From an uncultured Spirochaetota bacterium (GTDB lineage Bacteria > Spirochaetota > Spirochaetia > SZUA-6 > Fen-1364): a stretch of DNA of 64,000 bases. Position 1 is the first letter of the stretch; each line of letters begins with the position of its first letter. A model generated the notes under the pieces. It searched no databases, was not told the DNA's origin, and was given only the letters and a program-made list of their open reading frames with translations. Position numbers and translations under genes: made by a program. The stretch is taken from the NCBI GenBank assembly GCA_963781885.1, contig CAWAHW010000006.1:349943-413942 (forward strand). The letters are read 5' to 3'. Positions 20,382 through 30,185 of the stretch are shown here, piece by piece.

Positions 20382-21740
20382 ATGACCCAGTCTCCGAAAA
20401 CGGTCGGAATCAGCGACATCGGCATCTACGTTCCGGCGCCGATGATGGACATTGCCACTCTCGTGGACAGGCGCGTGAAGCTGAACCCGCGCATGGACCG
20501 GCACCTCGAACGGGCCTGCCGCGTGACCGGCCAGAAGGCCATCCGGTTTCCTGAGATCTGGGAGGACAGCGCCACTCTCGCGGCAACGGCGGCATATCGT
20601 CTTCTCACCGCCGAGCCGGGCATCGACGCAAGAAACATCCGGCATCTCGCCGTGGGAACCGAAACGGGCGTCGACCACTCGAAGCCTCTGTCCGCGTACG
20701 TGCAGGGCATGCTGCAGAGGGCCGGTCTCTCCCTCCCGAACAGCCTCAGCAGCTTCCAGGTCCAGCACGCGTGCGCCGGCAGCACCATGGCGCTCCTGGG
20801 AACCGCCGCGCTGCTTCTGGCCTCCGGTCGGGCCGGCGACGCGGGTCTCGTGATCAGCTCCGACATCGCCCGGTATGAGACGGAATCGACCGCCGAGATC
20901 ACGCAGGGGGCGGGCGCCGTGGCCCTCCACGTGCAGACCGCGCCGCGGCTGCTCGAGCTCGACATGGGAAGCATGGGATTCTATTCCGCCGACGTCGACG
21001 ATTTTTTCCGCCCGCTGGGGGTCAACATCGCGCGCGTGAACGGCAGCTATTCGATGCGCTGCTACTGGGAAAGCCTCATCGGCGCGTTCCATGACTCCTG
21101 CATGCGGACCGGGGAGAAGCCGGACCAGGCCCTGCTCGGCACGGACTACTACGTCCTGCACACCCCGTTTCGCAACATGCCGGAGAGCGCCATGGAGAAG
21201 CTCTTCGAGCGGGTGCTCGGTTACGACCAGGCGCGCAGCGCGGAAATCCTGCGGCAGAAGAGCTTCGCCGCGGGCATCGATCCGCTCGCCCAGATCGGCA
21301 ATCTCTACACGGCGTCGCTCACCGCGTCCCTGGCCTTCCTCCTGGCGGACCGGTTCCGGGCGATCGGGAACGGCATCGTCGGCAAGACGGTGCTGCTCTC
21401 GTCGTACGGCTCGGGCAACACCATGATCGTGCTCAAGGCGCGGGTGGCGTCCAGGGCGCCGGACGTGATCGCGCGCTGGAACCTGGATGACGTCTTCACG
21501 TCGGCGCGCCGCGCGAGCTTCGAGGAGTATGAGACGTGGACGACCGGTCCGGTCCAGCCCGAGCTGCAGGCGCGGCTCATGGAAAATGCAATCGTGCCGC
21601 CGGGGGCATTCATGCTCTCCGGCATACGCAAGGATGGCTATCGTGAGTACGAACTCAGGAAGGGCGCGGAGGTCGGGGACCGGGGAGAGGAAAGAGAAGC
21701 ATCTGACGATCTGCACGGATCCGTCGCGGTTCCAAGTTGA
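20382..21740 (+). CDS. mvaS: Hydroxymethylglutaryl-CoA synthase
   Basis: VGTETGVDHSKP, QHACAG (catalytic Cys), SDIARY...AE.TQGAGAVA, DFFRP, HTPF, GNLYTAS, SYGSG. Confidence 0.92.
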   Translation: MTQSPKTVGISDIGIYVPAPMMDIATLVDRRVKLNPRMDRHLERACRVTGQKAIRFPEIWEDSATLAATAAYRLLTAEPGIDARNIRHLAVGTETGVDHSKPLSAYVQGMLQRAGLSLPNSLSSFQVQHACAGSTMALLGTAALLLASGRAGDAGLVISSDIARYETESTAEITQGAGAVALHVQTAPRLLELDMGSMGFYSADVDDFFRPLGVNIARVNGSYSMRCYWESLIGAFHDSCMRTGEKPDQALLGTDYYVLHTPFRNMPESAMEKLFERVLGYDQARSAEILRQKSFAAGIDPLAQIGNLYTASLTASLAFLLADRFRAIGNGIVGKTVLLSSYGSGNTMIVLKARVASRAPDVIARWNLDDVFTSARRASFEEYETWTTGPVQPELQARLMENAIVPPGAFMLSGIRKDGYREYELRKGAEVGDRGEEREASDDLHGSVAVPS

Positions 21741-22776
21741 GGGCGGCGGGCCGGGATTCGACGGGGTGAGATTCCTCCACGATGCCCTGCCGGACATCGC
21801 GGAGGAAGAGCTGGACACTGCCGTTATGTTCTGCGGGACGCGCGTCGCGCTTCCCTTCTTCATCTCCTGCATGACGGGCGGCTCGGAGGGCGGCTTTCGG
21901 GCCAATCGGGAGCTCGCCGCTGCGGCGCAGACCCTTGGCATCCCGGTGGGGCTGGGCTCCTTTCGCGTCCTTCTGGAAAACCCCGCTCTCTTCAAGGATT
22001 TCGACGTCAAGCCGCTTGCACCCGACGTGCCGGTCCTTGCGAATCTCAGCGCGGTGCAGCTCCGCGACACGGACATGTCCGTCCTCCTGTCGGTGGTCGC
22101 GCGTCTCCGCGCGCATGCACTTGTCGTGCACCTGAATCCCGGGCAGGAGCTCTTCCAGCCGGAGGGGGACCGTGACTTCCGCGGCCTGCGGGAGGCAATT
22201 GAGCGTCTCTGCGGCCGCTGCCCGCTGCCGGTGATCGTGAAAGAGACGGGATTCGGCATCCTCCCGCGCCGGGTGCGCGAGCTGCGCGAAGCGGGCGCGG
22301 CATACGTCGATATCGCGGGCGCCGGGGGAACGAACTGGATCTCCGTCGAATCCTATCGGCTCCCCGAAGACGAACGCCCTGAGGCCGAGGAGTTTCGCGA
22401 CTGGGGCATGCCGACTGCCGCGCTGCTCGCGGCGTTGCGGGGCGGGCAGGAGCGGATTCTTTCGTCGGGCGGAATGCGCACGGGCATGGATGCCGCGAAG
22501 TCACTCGCGCTGGGCGCGGAGCTTGCGGGATTCGCCCTGCCCGTGATCCGCGCGGTTGCCCGCGGCGGAGCCGCGGCCGTGGTGGAGCTCTTCCGCCGCA
22601 TGGAAAAGACGTTGCGGAAGGTGATGATCCTTACGGGCTCGCGGACGGTCGCCGACCTGCGCCGGGGCACCGTCTGGCTTGAGCCCGGCCTTCAGGCCAT
22701 GGCGCAGGGCATCGCCGATGCGGATCGCGCGGCTATGCCGGGCTCCCCAGCATCACAACACGCACGGGAGAAGTGA
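21634..22776 (+). CDS. fni: Type 2 (FMN-dependent) isopentenyl-diphosphate isomerase
   Basis: RK..HL.IC, MTGG, HLNP.QE.FQPEGDR.F, IVKETG.G, G.GGT.W. Start ATG 21634 or GTG 21643, overlapping mvaS by ~100 bp. Confidence 0.9.
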   Translation: MAIVSTNSGRARRSGTGERKEKHLTICTDPSRFQVEGGGPGFDGVRFLHDALPDIAEEELDTAVMFCGTRVALPFFISCMTGGSEGGFRANRELAAAAQTLGIPVGLGSFRVLLENPALFKDFDVKPLAPDVPVLANLSAVQLRDTDMSVLLSVVARLRAHALVVHLNPGQELFQPEGDRDFRGLREAIERLCGRCPLPVIVKETGFGILPRRVRELREAGAAYVDIAGAGGTNWISVESYRLPEDERPEAEEFRDWGMPTAALLAALRGGQERILSSGGMRTGMDAAKSLALGAELAGFALPVIRAVARGGAAAVVELFRRMEKTLRKVMILTGSRTVADLRRGTVWLEPGLQAMAQGIADADRAAMPGSPASQHAREK

Positions 22777-23683
22777 ATCCGATGGAGCCGCATTCATTCT
22801 GCACGCCTGCCGCAATGGCGCCGGCGGAGCCGGCGTCTGCCGCCACGAGATAGAATGCGCCACCCGCGCCCGCGCCGCTCAGCTTGCCTCCCGTCGCGCC
22901 CGCGGCGCGCCCCGCTTCCAGCGCCTGATCCAGCGCGGGCGTGCTGAGCCCGAGCCTGCGCAAGGCTGCTTGAGCCCTCGAGGCCATGCGTCCGATCGCA
23001 CCGGCCGTTCCCACGGAGGTGCTCCGAAGCGCTTCGGCGGCTTCGCCCGCCAGGTCGCCGAGCGCTTCGATGCAGGCGACCGCCGCGGCGTCACCGGCCG
23101 CAACCCGTCCCGACACCGCAGCCACGAGCTCGCCGCAGGCAGCGTCGCGAGGCACCGCCCCCACCACGAGCCACAACGGCGCATGCGCGATGCGGGACCA
23201 CAAGGGAAGGGCGGGCGGCCGGGGCTCGAAGGCGCAGGTGCCGCCCAGGAGGGAAAGACCCGTGTCGACGCCGGACGGGGTGCCGTGAAATATGCGCTCC
23301 GCCGCGTGCGCGGTCTGCCAGGCAACTTCCACGGGCGCCTCGCCTCCTCCCGCGTGCGAGAGAAGTGCCCGGGCCAGCGCCCCGCACAGCGCGGCGGAGC
23401 TGCCGAAGCCCGCGCCTCGCGCCACACCCGATTCGATGCGCACGGAGCGGCGGCCGGCATCGTCAAGACCGGGGATGAGCCCCTCAATATGCCGAAGGAC
23501 GGCCTTGACCGACGTCTGGTCCGGCGTGGGAATGTCCTGTAGCAGCCATTCGGCCGCCGGGTCTCCCTCGATACGTGCAATGGTGGCTTCCGGCAACGAG
23601 ACCCCCACGGCAGGGCAGCCGTGCACCGCGGCATGCTCGCCGAAGAGCAGGAGCTTTCCGAATGCCCGTCCTACGCCTGCCAC
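22733..23683 (-). CDS. mvk: Mevalonate kinase (GHMP)
   Basis: GKLLLFGEHAAVHG, GAGFGSSAA, HGTPSGVD, KLSGAGAGG. Confidence 0.88.
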   Translation of the reverse strand: MAGVGRAFGKLLLFGEHAAVHGCPAVGVSLPEATIARIEGDPAAEWLLQDIPTPDQTSVKAVLRHIEGLIPGLDDAGRRSVRIESGVARGAGFGSSAALCGALARALLSHAGGGEAPVEVAWQTAHAAERIFHGTPSGVDTGLSLLGGTCAFEPRPPALPLWSRIAHAPLWLVVGAVPRDAACGELVAAVSGRVAAGDAAAVACIEALGDLAGEAAEALRSTSVGTAGAIGRMASRAQAALRRLGLSTPALDQALEAGRAAGATGGKLSGAGAGGAFYLVAADAGSAGAIAAGVQNECGSIGFTSPVRVVMLGSPA

Positions 23684-24609
23684 GCAATGCCCCGATCCTG
23701 GCGCATCGGCGGGAACGGAGCTCCCGGAGGCCTGGCCGCATTGTCCATCAGCAGGCAGGCGCCCAGCTCGTTGCCTGCGCCCACGGCCTTGCACCAGTCG
23801 GCATCGAGTGCGCCCGGCGCCGGGAGCCGGGCCGGCACGCCGATTGCGTCTCCCAGCTCGACGCCGATTTTGCGGCACGTGGAAAAGGCCCGGGCCGAAT
23901 CCAGCAGGGACGACGCATGGAGGAAGTCTTCCAGCGCGCCGTTCGACGCCGAGAGGAACTCGCGCGCGTGACGGGAATTCAGCGTCTTCCACGCCTCGTA
24001 ACGGCCGACGGCGTCAGGCGTGGAGACGGCGGCGGGGCCGGGAAACAGGCATACGGCAGGATCGCCGGGGATTCGATACGGCTTCCACGTCGGCTGCCCG
24101 CCGCCCGTGAAAAGGCCGGCGCCGCCGTGAAAAGAGCAGAGCACGTCGTATCCGCTGCCCCGGCCTCCCTGCGCCTGACGGTGCGCGCGGACCGCCAGGC
24201 CCGGCGCAGCGGCATCACGCAGGTCTGCGGCAATGCCGGCGGCCTGGAGCAGGGCGCAGGCAAGGCCCGCAGCGATTGCCGCGCTGGAACCCAGCCCCGT
24301 CTTGCGTCCGTCCGGAGTGAAAAACCCCGATGAATCGACGTCGATGCGACCCCGCGCGTGAGCGTGCCCTCCCGACGTGCCGAGCCAGGATTCCACCACG
24401 TCCACGACCGCCGCAAAGAGGGGGCTGTCGCCGCGGCGCGGCCAGGAAACGGTCTTTCCCTGCCATGCGCCGTTTATCTCCAATGAGGTGGCGGGACGGA
24501 TATCCAGGTGGACCCGCCGGTCCACGGCCATCGCGAGCCCGAGCCCGCCCTCTTCGAGCACCGCGTATTCGCCGAGCAGCAGGATGGAACCGGGAACGGA
24601 GAGATGCAC
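23671..24609 (-). CDS. Phosphomevalonate kinase (GHMP)
   Basis: PG.ILL.GEYAVL, KTGLGSSAA, H...QG..GSGYD, K..GAG; lies between mvaD and mvk. Confidence 0.8.
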   Translation of the reverse strand: MHLSVPGSILLLGEYAVLEEGGLGLAMAVDRRVHLDIRPATSLEINGAWQGKTVSWPRRGDSPLFAAVVDVVESWLGTSGGHAHARGRIDVDSSGFFTPDGRKTGLGSSAAIAAGLACALLQAAGIAADLRDAAAPGLAVRAHRQAQGGRGSGYDVLCSFHGGAGLFTGGGQPTWKPYRIPGDPAVCLFPGPAAVSTPDAVGRYEAWKTLNSRHAREFLSASNGALEDFLHASSLLDSARAFSTCRKIGVELGDAIGVPARLPAPGALDADWCKAVGAGNELGACLLMDNAARPPGAPFPPMRQDRGIAWQA

Positions 24610-24611
24610 GC

Positions 24612-25571
24612 CTATTCCTGGAGGGGCCCGTACTGAAGGCCCGGGCCGACAAAACATACCAGGGTCTGGATGCCGAAGCCAAGCGACGTCATGCGCGCGG
24701 CCACGGCCTCGTGGTCCTTCTCAAGACACAGGATCTTCACCTGGGGTCCGGCGTCTATCGTCTCCCACGCCGCGATTCCCTCGGCGCGAAGCGCTGCGCA
24801 GGCGTGGATGGCGGCAACGGTTGCCGGCAGCCAGTAGAGGAGGGGCGGGTCGGCGCCGAGGATGGCGCCGTGCATGAGGCTGTAGCTTCTGCGGGCGGTG
24901 ACGCCCAGGAGCTCCAGGTCCCTGTTCTCCACCGCCCGCATTGCATCGGGAAGGAGCGCGGTCGATTCCTTGACCCAGGAAAAATAGTAGGGCGAGCCCG
25001 CGCGGGTCTCCTCCATGGCGCGCCGCGACGACACCGGCTTGGGCCCACGCGCGGCGAGCGCCACGACGATGCGCAGATCGGGCCAATGCTCGGGTCCGAA
25101 GACCTGGCGCGCGCGCCGCCCGCCGGCGGGCAGCAGGCTGAATCCGCCGAACACGGCGCGCGATGCCGACGCGGAGCCCGCGCGCGCGATGGAGGAGAGG
25201 TCGGAGAGGGAGGCGTCGCACCCGGCCGCGCGCGCGCAGGCGCCGGCAAGGGCGGCAAAGCCCGACGAGGAGCTTGCAAGGCCTGCCGAGGTGGGAAACG
25301 TATTCGTGCTGTGCGCCTCGAAGTGGGCCGTGACGCCCAGCGTCCGGCGCAGCGTGTCGAAGAAGCTTCCATAGCGCGCGGGGTCCTGCCGGGCGCCGTT
25401 CACGCTCATGCTGTCATGCTCCGCCTGCACGACGCGCGTCTCCGTGTGGACGCCGCCCAGGGTCACCGCGAGGCTCGGCGTTGCCGGCAGATTGTCGCCC
25501 TTGAGGGACTTGCCCCAGTACTTGATGAGAGCGAGGCTCGGCCCGGCGCGGCAGATGCATTCATCGCTCAC
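24612..25571 (-). CDS. mvaD: Diphosphomevalonate decarboxylase
   Basis: ALIKYWGK, N.FPT.AGLASSSSGFAAL, AR.GS.SA.R, T.DAGP.V. Confidence 0.92.
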   Translation of the reverse strand: MSDECICRAGPSLALIKYWGKSLKGDNLPATPSLAVTLGGVHTETRVVQAEHDSMSVNGARQDPARYGSFFDTLRRTLGVTAHFEAHSTNTFPTSAGLASSSSGFAALAGACARAAGCDASLSDLSSIARAGSASASRAVFGGFSLLPAGGRRARQVFGPEHWPDLRIVVALAARGPKPVSSRRAMEETRAGSPYYFSWVKESTALLPDAMRAVENRDLELLGVTARRSYSLMHGAILGADPPLLYWLPATVAAIHACAALRAEGIAAWETIDAGPQVKILCLEKDHEAVAARMTSLGFGIQTLVCFVGPGLQYGPLQE

Positions 25572-26892
25572 GGAAGGCGCTCCCGCAGCGCGGCAAGGGC
25601 GCGCCGCGCCGCGGCGACGTCGGTGCGCTCCGCCGCCGCCAGCGCATCCGCCACCATGCGCACCTCGGACCCGCGCGCACCCGCGCGCCAGGCAAGACGC
25701 GCGGCGTGGTAGCGCATATGCCCCTGCTGGATGCCTTCCGTCACCAGCGCGCGCAGCGCCGCGAGATTCTGCGCCAGGCCCAGCGCCGCGGCGATGCGCG
25801 CCAGCCGGGACGCATCCGGATGCCCGAGCATGACGAGGCTTGCGCGGCTTGCCGGGTGGAAGTCCACCGCACCGCCCGCGGTCGCAAAGGGGAGGGGCAT
25901 CTCGAGGCTGCCCTGGAGGAAGCCCTCCTCCGCCGTGAAGCTGCTGAGACCGCGGTAGCGGCCCGACCGGGCCGCCCATGCGTGTGCGGCGGCCTCGATG
26001 GCGCGGGTGTCGTTCATCGTCGCCAGGGCAAGACCCGCGATGCCGTTCATGATGCCCTTGTTGTGCGTGACCGCGCGGGCAATGTCCTCCTGCGCGACTG
26101 CCGCGGCAAGAGCGATGCGGCGCGCCGCCTCGGCCGGATCCGCGCCGGGGGGAAGACCGGGCAGCGAGCCGGTGGAAGGGGATGGCGAATCGCGCCCCGG
26201 CGAGCCGGTCGCGCGCCTCGTTGCTGAGTATCGCCATCACCGCGCGTCCGCCGCTTACCTCTTCCAGGAGCGGCCGCGCGAGCTCGGCGGCGGTGTTGAG
26301 CCTGTTGGCTCCCATCGCATCCCGCACGTCGATGACGATGTCCGCGCGCACGATGCCGGTCTCGGGCAGGCGCGACGCCTCGAAACGCCGGAAACCCCCG
26401 CCCCGGTCCGCAAGGCTTGCAAGGGCGCGGGAGAGGGAGGCTTCCACGCGCGCGCCGCAGTCGCTGCAGCCTCGCAAGGCCTTCCGCGGACACGGACTCC
26501 AGAAAGACCTGGGCGGTCATCAGGGGCGCCGACGCCCAGGTGACGAATCCGCCGTCGCGCCGGATGAGCCGCGCGGCGAACGTCGCTGCGGCGATGATGG
26601 AAGGCTCCTCCACCGCGAGCGGGATCGTCACGTCGGCGCCGTCGATGAGGAAGCCCGTGGCGAGCCCGAGCGGCACGGGCATGCAGCCGACGGCGGACTC
26701 CACCATCACGTCGGCAAGCTCGCGCTGGAGCGGAAGACCCGAGAGCGCGTCCCACCCGTCCTTTTCGATGGCGAAAGCTCCCTGCACATTGGTGCGCCGC
26801 TCTTCCAGCTCCCGCCGACGGAATCCATGCGGAAGAGAGCCGGGGAGGGGGGGCTCTTCCTTTGAGCCGGGCCGGGCCTTCCTTTCGTTCAT
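25568..26892 (-). CDS. mvaA: Class II HMG-CoA reductase (two apparent +1 frameshifts)
   Basis: VES.VG...P.G, EEPSIIAA (frame A); DAMGAN..N, ILSN (frame B); RA.THNKGIMNG, ND.RAIEA, GLAQNLAAL.ALV.EGIQ.GHM (frame C). Shifts near 26470 and 26160. Confidence 0.85.
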
Positions 26893-26899
26893 GTGGCAA

Positions 26900-27971
26900 T
26901 CATTGCCTGCGCGCTGTCGTGAAGTCCAGAAGCTCGAGAAGCGCTCGCCTGTCTTCCGCCGTTCCCGACGGCAGGCCTCGTATCATCGAGCGGCCGCGCG
27001 TCGAGAGCTCCGTCACGAGCGGCAGGAGGCCGATCCGCACCGGCTCGGCTTGCGCGCGGACGAAGTCCAGGTCCGCCGCCGTGCATGCAGGGTTGCCGAA
27101 TATGCCGGCCAGCCTTTTCCGCTCCTCAGGGGACGCGGCGGCCATGAGCCGCGCGTGGAAAAGGGTCTTCTTGCCTTCGCGCACATCCGATCCCACGGGC
27201 TTTCCCAGCTCCCGCTCGCTGCCAAAAAGGCCAAGCTCGTCGTCATGGATCTGGAAGAGGATGCCGAGGCATTCGCCAAGCTTCTCCAGGGCGCCGCAGA
27301 GCTCCGCCGTCGCCCCACCGATGAGGGCCCCCGCGACAAGCGGGAGCGAGAAGCTGTAGCGCCCGGTCTTCCACGTGTACATGCGCAGTATTTCCTCGTC
27401 CGTTCCGCCCTGGTCCGCGCTGCCCCAGGAGACGTCCTGCATCTGCGCGATGCCGACGGCCGAAAGCTCGCGCGCGCAGAGCGCAAGCACCTCGCGGAGC
27501 ACGCCGGGACCGGCGGCAATGCGCGTCAGGAGCTCGAAGGCAAGAAAGTAGGACACGTCGCCGGCGCAGATGCCCAGCGCCTCGCCGGTGCGCGGCGGAT
27601 CGGCGGAGCGTTCCCGCGCCGCCGCGTCGGCGTACTGCTGGAAGATCGACGGCATCCCCCGTCGCAGCGCGTCACGGTCCATGATGTCGTCGTGGATGAG
27701 GAGCCCGGACTGGAAAAGCTCCATCGCGGCAGCGGCCGGCAGCACGGCGTCCGGCGCCTCCCGTTCGCCCGTGCCGCCGCGGGCGAGTCGCGTGGCCGAC
27801 CTGCACGAGGCAGCCGCGGATCATCTTCCCCTGCAGGGAGAAGTCCAGGAGGCGCTGCCCGACGTCGGGGCCCAGCGCATTGACGCGCGCGAGCCATCCC
27901 CTTTTCTCCTCGAAGAATCGCACGAGGGTGGCGGCGATTCCTTCCCTGATCGGATCCAGAAAAGCCAGCAT
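26900..27971 (-). CDS. Polyprenyl (GGPP/FPP) synthase (one apparent frameshift near 27790)
   Basis: GK.IR in the N-terminal ORF; LIHDDIMD....RRG, KT..Y, FQI.DD.L and D..EGK.T in the C-terminal ORF. Confidence 0.85.
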
Positions 27972-28054
27972 CGGGTGCTCCTTGCCTCGGTCTACTCTAC
28001 CACGCCGGGGCGATCCATTCTCCGTGCCCCCGCCGGGGCGCCACGTCGTACCGC

Positions 28055-28201
28055 GTACCGTGGCTGCGTGAATGCCACGGGCCTCCTTGCGGCCTCCATG
28101 GCCTCATCGGCCCTCGCCTTCCCTGGCTATGGAGTACCGTGGCTGCGGGAATGCCACGGAGTACCGTGGCTGCGGGAATGCCACGGAGTACCGTGGCTGC
28201 G
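28055..28201. repeat. Intergenic palindromic 27-bp tandem repeat GGAGTACCGTGGCTGCGGGAATGCCAC (2.6 copies at 28131-28201 plus a copy at 28055-28080)
   Basis: Directly visible; each unit forms a CCGTGGC/GCCACGG stem; no spacers. Confidence 0.85.
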
Positions 28202-28230
28202 TTGACACGCTTCCCCGTCGCCAGGATAAT
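28202..28230 (+). promoter_or_regulatory. Sigma70 promoter of the phosphoesterase-kinase operon
   Basis: TTGACA-N17-GATAAT directly after the repeat array, 12 bp before ATG 28243. Confidence 0.65.
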
Positions 28231-28242
28231 CGGGGCGCCCCT

Positions 28243-29220
28243 ATGAGAGAGACCCATGCGCAGCGCTCAGTGAAGAACAGCACCTCCCGCGGCCCGATCT
28301 CCTTGAAGCAGCTGAAAGAGGCGGTGCAGAACGTCCTCTCCTTCGACAAGACGCTGCGGCCCGCCGATTCGGAGGGGCGCCCCGGCGGCCTCATCGAGTT
28401 CCCGAAGACGGAGAAGCGCGAGTTCATCATCATCGGCGACCTGCACGCCAACATCACCAACCTGCTGGCCATCCTGAATGACTCGGGGAACCTCGACAAG
28501 GTGCGCAAGGACAAGGCGGTGCTCCTGTTCCTCGGCGACGCGGTCCACAACGACAAGAGCGGCTTCACGTACGCCATGGACTCTTCGATAGAGATCATGG
28601 ACATCATCCTCGGCCTCATCAACGAGTTTCCCCGCAACATCGTCTACCTCCTGGGCAACCACGACTCATTCGCCCCCGAGCTGTCGAAGCTCGGCATCCA
28701 GCAGGGCCTGCTCTACCGGCAGGCGCTCGCCAACGCGCGGGGGAAGGCCTACGTGGCGGCCATGCAGGATTTCTTCGACGCGCTGCCGCTCTTCGTCATC
28801 CACAAGCATTTCCTCGCCGTCCATGCCGGCCCGGCCCGGGGCGGCATCACGCGCAACGAGCTCGTGAACGTGCGCCACTTCGAGAACTATCTCTGGCAGC
28901 TCACGTGGAACAGGCTGAACGAGACGCGGTCCACGCCGAGCATGAAGGAGTACGGCCCTGAGGACCTGGACGAAATGCGCCGCCTCCTTGGCAGCCCCCG
29001 CGATATCCCGATCTTCGTCGGGCACAACCCGATGTGGAAATGGGGCGACAGTGACTCCATCTGGATCGACGCCCTGGGCTGCCACGATCACGTCATCCTC
29101 TACGCGACCCTGGACACGAAGTGCCCCTATGTCTCGGTGCAGGGCTCATCGGCCTACACCGTGAAGTACGCCGCGCTCGAGCACAAGGAGCGGCATTTTG
29201 TGCTCGACGACTACCGCTAG
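28243..29220 (+). CDS. Calcineurin-like metallophosphoesterase (possible Ser/Thr protein phosphatase)
   Basis: GDLH, GDAVH, GNHD, HAG and GH motifs in canonical order. Confidence 0.8.
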   Translation: MRETHAQRSVKNSTSRGPISLKQLKEAVQNVLSFDKTLRPADSEGRPGGLIEFPKTEKREFIIIGDLHANITNLLAILNDSGNLDKVRKDKAVLLFLGDAVHNDKSGFTYAMDSSIEIMDIILGLINEFPRNIVYLLGNHDSFAPELSKLGIQQGLLYRQALANARGKAYVAAMQDFFDALPLFVIHKHFLAVHAGPARGGITRNELVNVRHFENYLWQLTWNRLNETRSTPSMKEYGPEDLDEMRRLLGSPRDIPIFVGHNPMWKWGDSDSIWIDALGCHDHVILYATLDTKCPYVSVQGSSAYTVKYAALEHKERHFVLDDYR

Positions 29221-29244
29221 AAGCGAACAGGACGGAGCGCTGAG

Positions 29245-30166
29245 ATGACCTCGACCAACTATGCCGACGTGAAGGGTTTCCTCCACGATGACGACCTGAT
29301 CCGGCTTCTCTGCGCGGACCGTTCGTACGGCGAGCTCTTCGACGCCTTCATGGGCGACGATCTTCTTGCCATCGACCGCTCGATGAAGGTGCCCTTCTTC
29401 GCGGAGGTGCGCGACTATGTCGGGGCCGTCGAGCGCGCCGACAGCCGGGCGCACTGGATCGTGAAACCCATTGCCGAAGAGGACATCCTCGCGCCCGCCA
29501 TGGGCGCCATCTGCTTCTTCCTGGACTTCTTCACGCACACCATCTCGGCGCCGACGATCATCACCCGCATCGATGGCGGGCTCTACAAGGCCACCCGCGT
29601 GATCACCCGCGCGGAGCAGCTCACCGGCGCCAACTACACCGACATCCCCCAGCTCAAGGAGCAGCTCGTGCTGGACCTCGTCAACCGCTGGATCTATTGC
29701 GACGAGGACCGCAACCCGAACAACTACATGATCCGCTACACGTCACGCAACGACCAGGTGATCATCGCCATCGACTTCTCCAATGTGGACCTGCTTTTTC
29801 CCGGCACGAAGATCACGGGCAACCCGAAGGCCTTCGGGTGGGAGAGGAGCGAAAAGACGCGCTACCTCACGCCCCTGAAGGTCGAGCATTTCCAGGGCTA
29901 CACGATGAGATTCTTCGACATGCGCTTCAGCGGTTTCCGGGCAGTGGGAAAGAAAATGCTGCTCGACCTGTGCAAGGCGTGCCTCCGTTTCCACCCTGAC
30001 CGGGCAAAGCTCGCTAAAGACCGCGGCGGAGAACATCCTCCAGCGCATCGACTACGTCCATGACTACTTCGCGGGCAAGTTCCCGCGGGATGCCGCCGCG
30101 GACAAGGAAGACAAGTACAGCGCGATGGGTGACACCTTCACGCGCATCTACAAGGAGAAGCGCTAG
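29245..30166 (+). CDS. HipA/PI3-PI4-kinase-like atypical kinase (frameshift near 30017)
   Basis: WIVK (beta3 Lys), DEDRNPNN catalytic loop, AIDFS. Removing one A at 30016-30018 extends the protein with '..ENILQRIDYVHDYF...KEKR*' to 30166. Confidence 0.6.
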
Positions 30167-30185
30167 CATCCCGCCGGCGCCACGC

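Noticed and set aside
25568-26892. Programmed ribosomal frameshifting or true pseudogene for mvaA
   Set aside because: No slippery heptamer is evident, all motifs are intact, and the same indel pattern recurs across unrelated genes.
28055-28201. 27-bp palindromic repeats as a CRISPR array
   Set aside because: Units are head-to-tail with no unique spacers, and there are no cas genes in the window.
28125-28201. GGA-rich repeat as a CsrB/RsmZ-like sRNA
   Set aside because: No dedicated promoter or terminator brackets it, and its core matches the dispersed DNA repeat found in both orientations in coding regions.
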